In this document: piece after piece, positions 52,696-53,799 of the stretch | How the letters are laid out: the number at the start of each line of letters is the position of its first letter | How positions within the stretch are numbered: position 1 is the first letter of the stretch | Virus record (IMG/VR): IMGVR_UViG_3300042988_002859 | Span: 1 to 53,799 of that record | DNA from: a virus | Taxonomy: Duplodnaviria > Caudoviricetes | Reading direction: 5' to 3' (one strand) | DNA: 53,799 bases | The notes under the pieces: generated by a model | Told to the model about the DNA's origin: nothing | Databases searched by the model: none | What the model saw: the letters and a program-made list of their open reading frames with translations, nothing else | Translations under genes and position numbers: made by a program

Positions 52696-53799
52696 AGATG
52701 CGAGGTCAGACCCCCGAAGGTTTGTATACCGCATCAGCATCTTGTGGCTTCGGTGTCCAGTGATGCGCATGATCGCTGTCTCGGTCAACTGCGTGCGTTC
52801 GAAAAGCCGGCTGGTCGCCTCATGCCTCAAGTCGTGAAATCGAAGGCCATGGGCGCCAGCCTGCTCAAAGATGTCGGCGAAGCGCTTGGACAGAAAATCG
52901 GACATGGCCGCCAGCGCCTTGGGTCCGCCGTCGCCCGACCACCACGGGAACAATCGCCCATCGAACCCGCCCGGGTTGTCGGCCAAATAAGCCTGCAGCG
53001 CAGCGTGGGCCACGCTCGATAGCGGCACCTGGCGCTTGTCGCCGTTCTTTGTCTTGTCCAAAAACACCGTGCGCAGGCTCAAGTCGATCTGATCCAGCGT
53101 CAGTGTGTACATTTCGCGCAACCGCATCGCCGACTCCACCGCCAGCACGAACAGCAACCGGTGGGCGGCCACAGGGTCAAGTCTCAAAGGCCGCTGCGAT
53201 CTGGTCAGCACACCGCCATCGATCACCGCCATGATCCGGTCAAACTCCCCGGGCTCAAGGCGCCGGTCGCGCTCAACGTCCTGCCGCTTCACGCCGGCCA
53301 TGGCCTCGTCGGTCTTGGTGTACTGGGCATAACCCTCGGGCAGCGTGCGCAGTGGGTGGTCTGGCATCACAAGATAGCCCTTGCGGATTCCCCAATCAGT
53401 GCACCGCGCGAGAGCCCCCACCTTGGCCCGGATCGTGGCCGGCGCCAGTTTGTCCAGGCGCTTCATTTCGGTGATCCACTCGTCCACCCAGGCGACATTG
53501 AGCGCCGTCAGGGCGTCACCACCCCGCGACCCCAAGATGGTGCCAAGCGCCGACTTGTCTTTGTCCGATGGGTGGGCGTCACGCTCGTACAACCCGATCA
53601 ATTGCCGCAGCACCAGCGGCTTGTCTTGGGCCTGAAACTCAGTGGGCACAATCCCGCGCGCCAACAGTGCATCAAGCCGCGCCGCAAACCGGTCGCCTTC
53701 CGCTTCGTCGGCGAAGGTCATGTAAATGGGCTTGTCCAGCACGCCCGCGCGCTTGAACACGTACTCCCAGCCATTGGCCCGTTTTCTTTTGCCCGCCAC
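52684..53799 (-). CDS. int: Tyrosine integrase
   Basis: AMRLRE, TKNG, FHDLRHEA, TGH, RY; GTG start at the window edge. Confidence 0.95.
   Translation of the reverse strand: MAGKRKRANGWEYVFKRAGVLDKPIYMTFADEAEGDRFAARLDALLARGIVPTEFQAQDKPLVLRQLIGLYERDAHPSDKDKSALGTILGSRGGDALTALNVAWVDEWITEMKRLDKLAPATIRAKVGALARCTDWGIRKGYLVMPDHPLRTLPEGYAQYTKTDEAMAGVKRQDVERDRRLEPGEFDRIMAVIDGGVLTRSQRPLRLDPVAAHRLLFVLAVESAMRLREMYTLTLDQIDLSLRTVFLDKTKNGDKRQVPLSSVAHAALQAYLADNPGGFDGRLFPWWSGDGGPKALAAMSDFLSKRFADIFEQAGAHGLRFHDLRHEATSRLFERTQLTETAIMRITGHRSHKMLMRYTNLRGSDLASSLW

Larger units (their letters stand above)
1..53799. mobile_element. Temperate prophage with lambdoid-type regulation and podovirus-like morphogenesis module
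   Basis: Contiguous integrase, xis, recombination, cI/cro, replication, terminase, portal, capsid, tail, lysis and ejection genes; no host housekeeping genes; att sites lie outside the window. Confidence 0.97.

Noticed and set aside
52150-52700. Group I intron carrying the HNH gene
   Set aside because: Flanking xis and int are intact and there is no non-coding space for a ribozyme core

Overview
The whole window is one essentially complete temperate phage (prophage) genome, cut at gene boundaries so the att sites are not visible. It is GC-rich; the gene content suggests a betaproteobacterial host (inference). The left two-thirds (1-38.6 kb) is on the minus strand. It runs from cro through replication (DUF1376/YdaU initiator, DnaC-like loader), nin-type genes (RusA, NinB), terminases, portal, scaffold, N4-gp56/DUF4043-type major capsid, adaptors, spike/fibres and lysis (two membrane proteins, Amidase_3, embedded Rz/Rz1) to the ejection proteins, ending in a 3320-aa polyvalent protein (LPD5/LPD1/MuF-C/metallopeptidase/PLxRFG). 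There is no tape measure, sheath or tube gene, so the virion is probably podovirus-like. The right third is on the plus strand: cI and lysogenic-conversion genes, then a PL-type operon with RecT, YqaJ exonuclease, a c4 antisense RNA controlling Rha, RdgC, a C5 DNA methyltransferase, xis and an HNH nuclease, followed by a convergent tyrosine integrase. Most notable: (1) a CsrA/RsmA-like gene between scaffold and capsid, with an identical AGGA-loop hairpin (TCGCAGGAGTGA) in both neighbouring leaders, suggesting a phage-encoded translational circuit for head assembly; (2) two paralogous RHH regulators on opposite arms of the lysis/lysogeny switch; (3) a four-copy phage-specific late promoter motif; (4) a secreted ricin-lectin/aerolysin-like toxin candidate in the tail region; (5) a DDxxD isoprenoid-synthase-like gene heading the ejection operon; (6) an apparent antisense-overprinted gene on a dead zinc-ribbon gene. 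All family calls come from motif recognition by eye; no searches were run.
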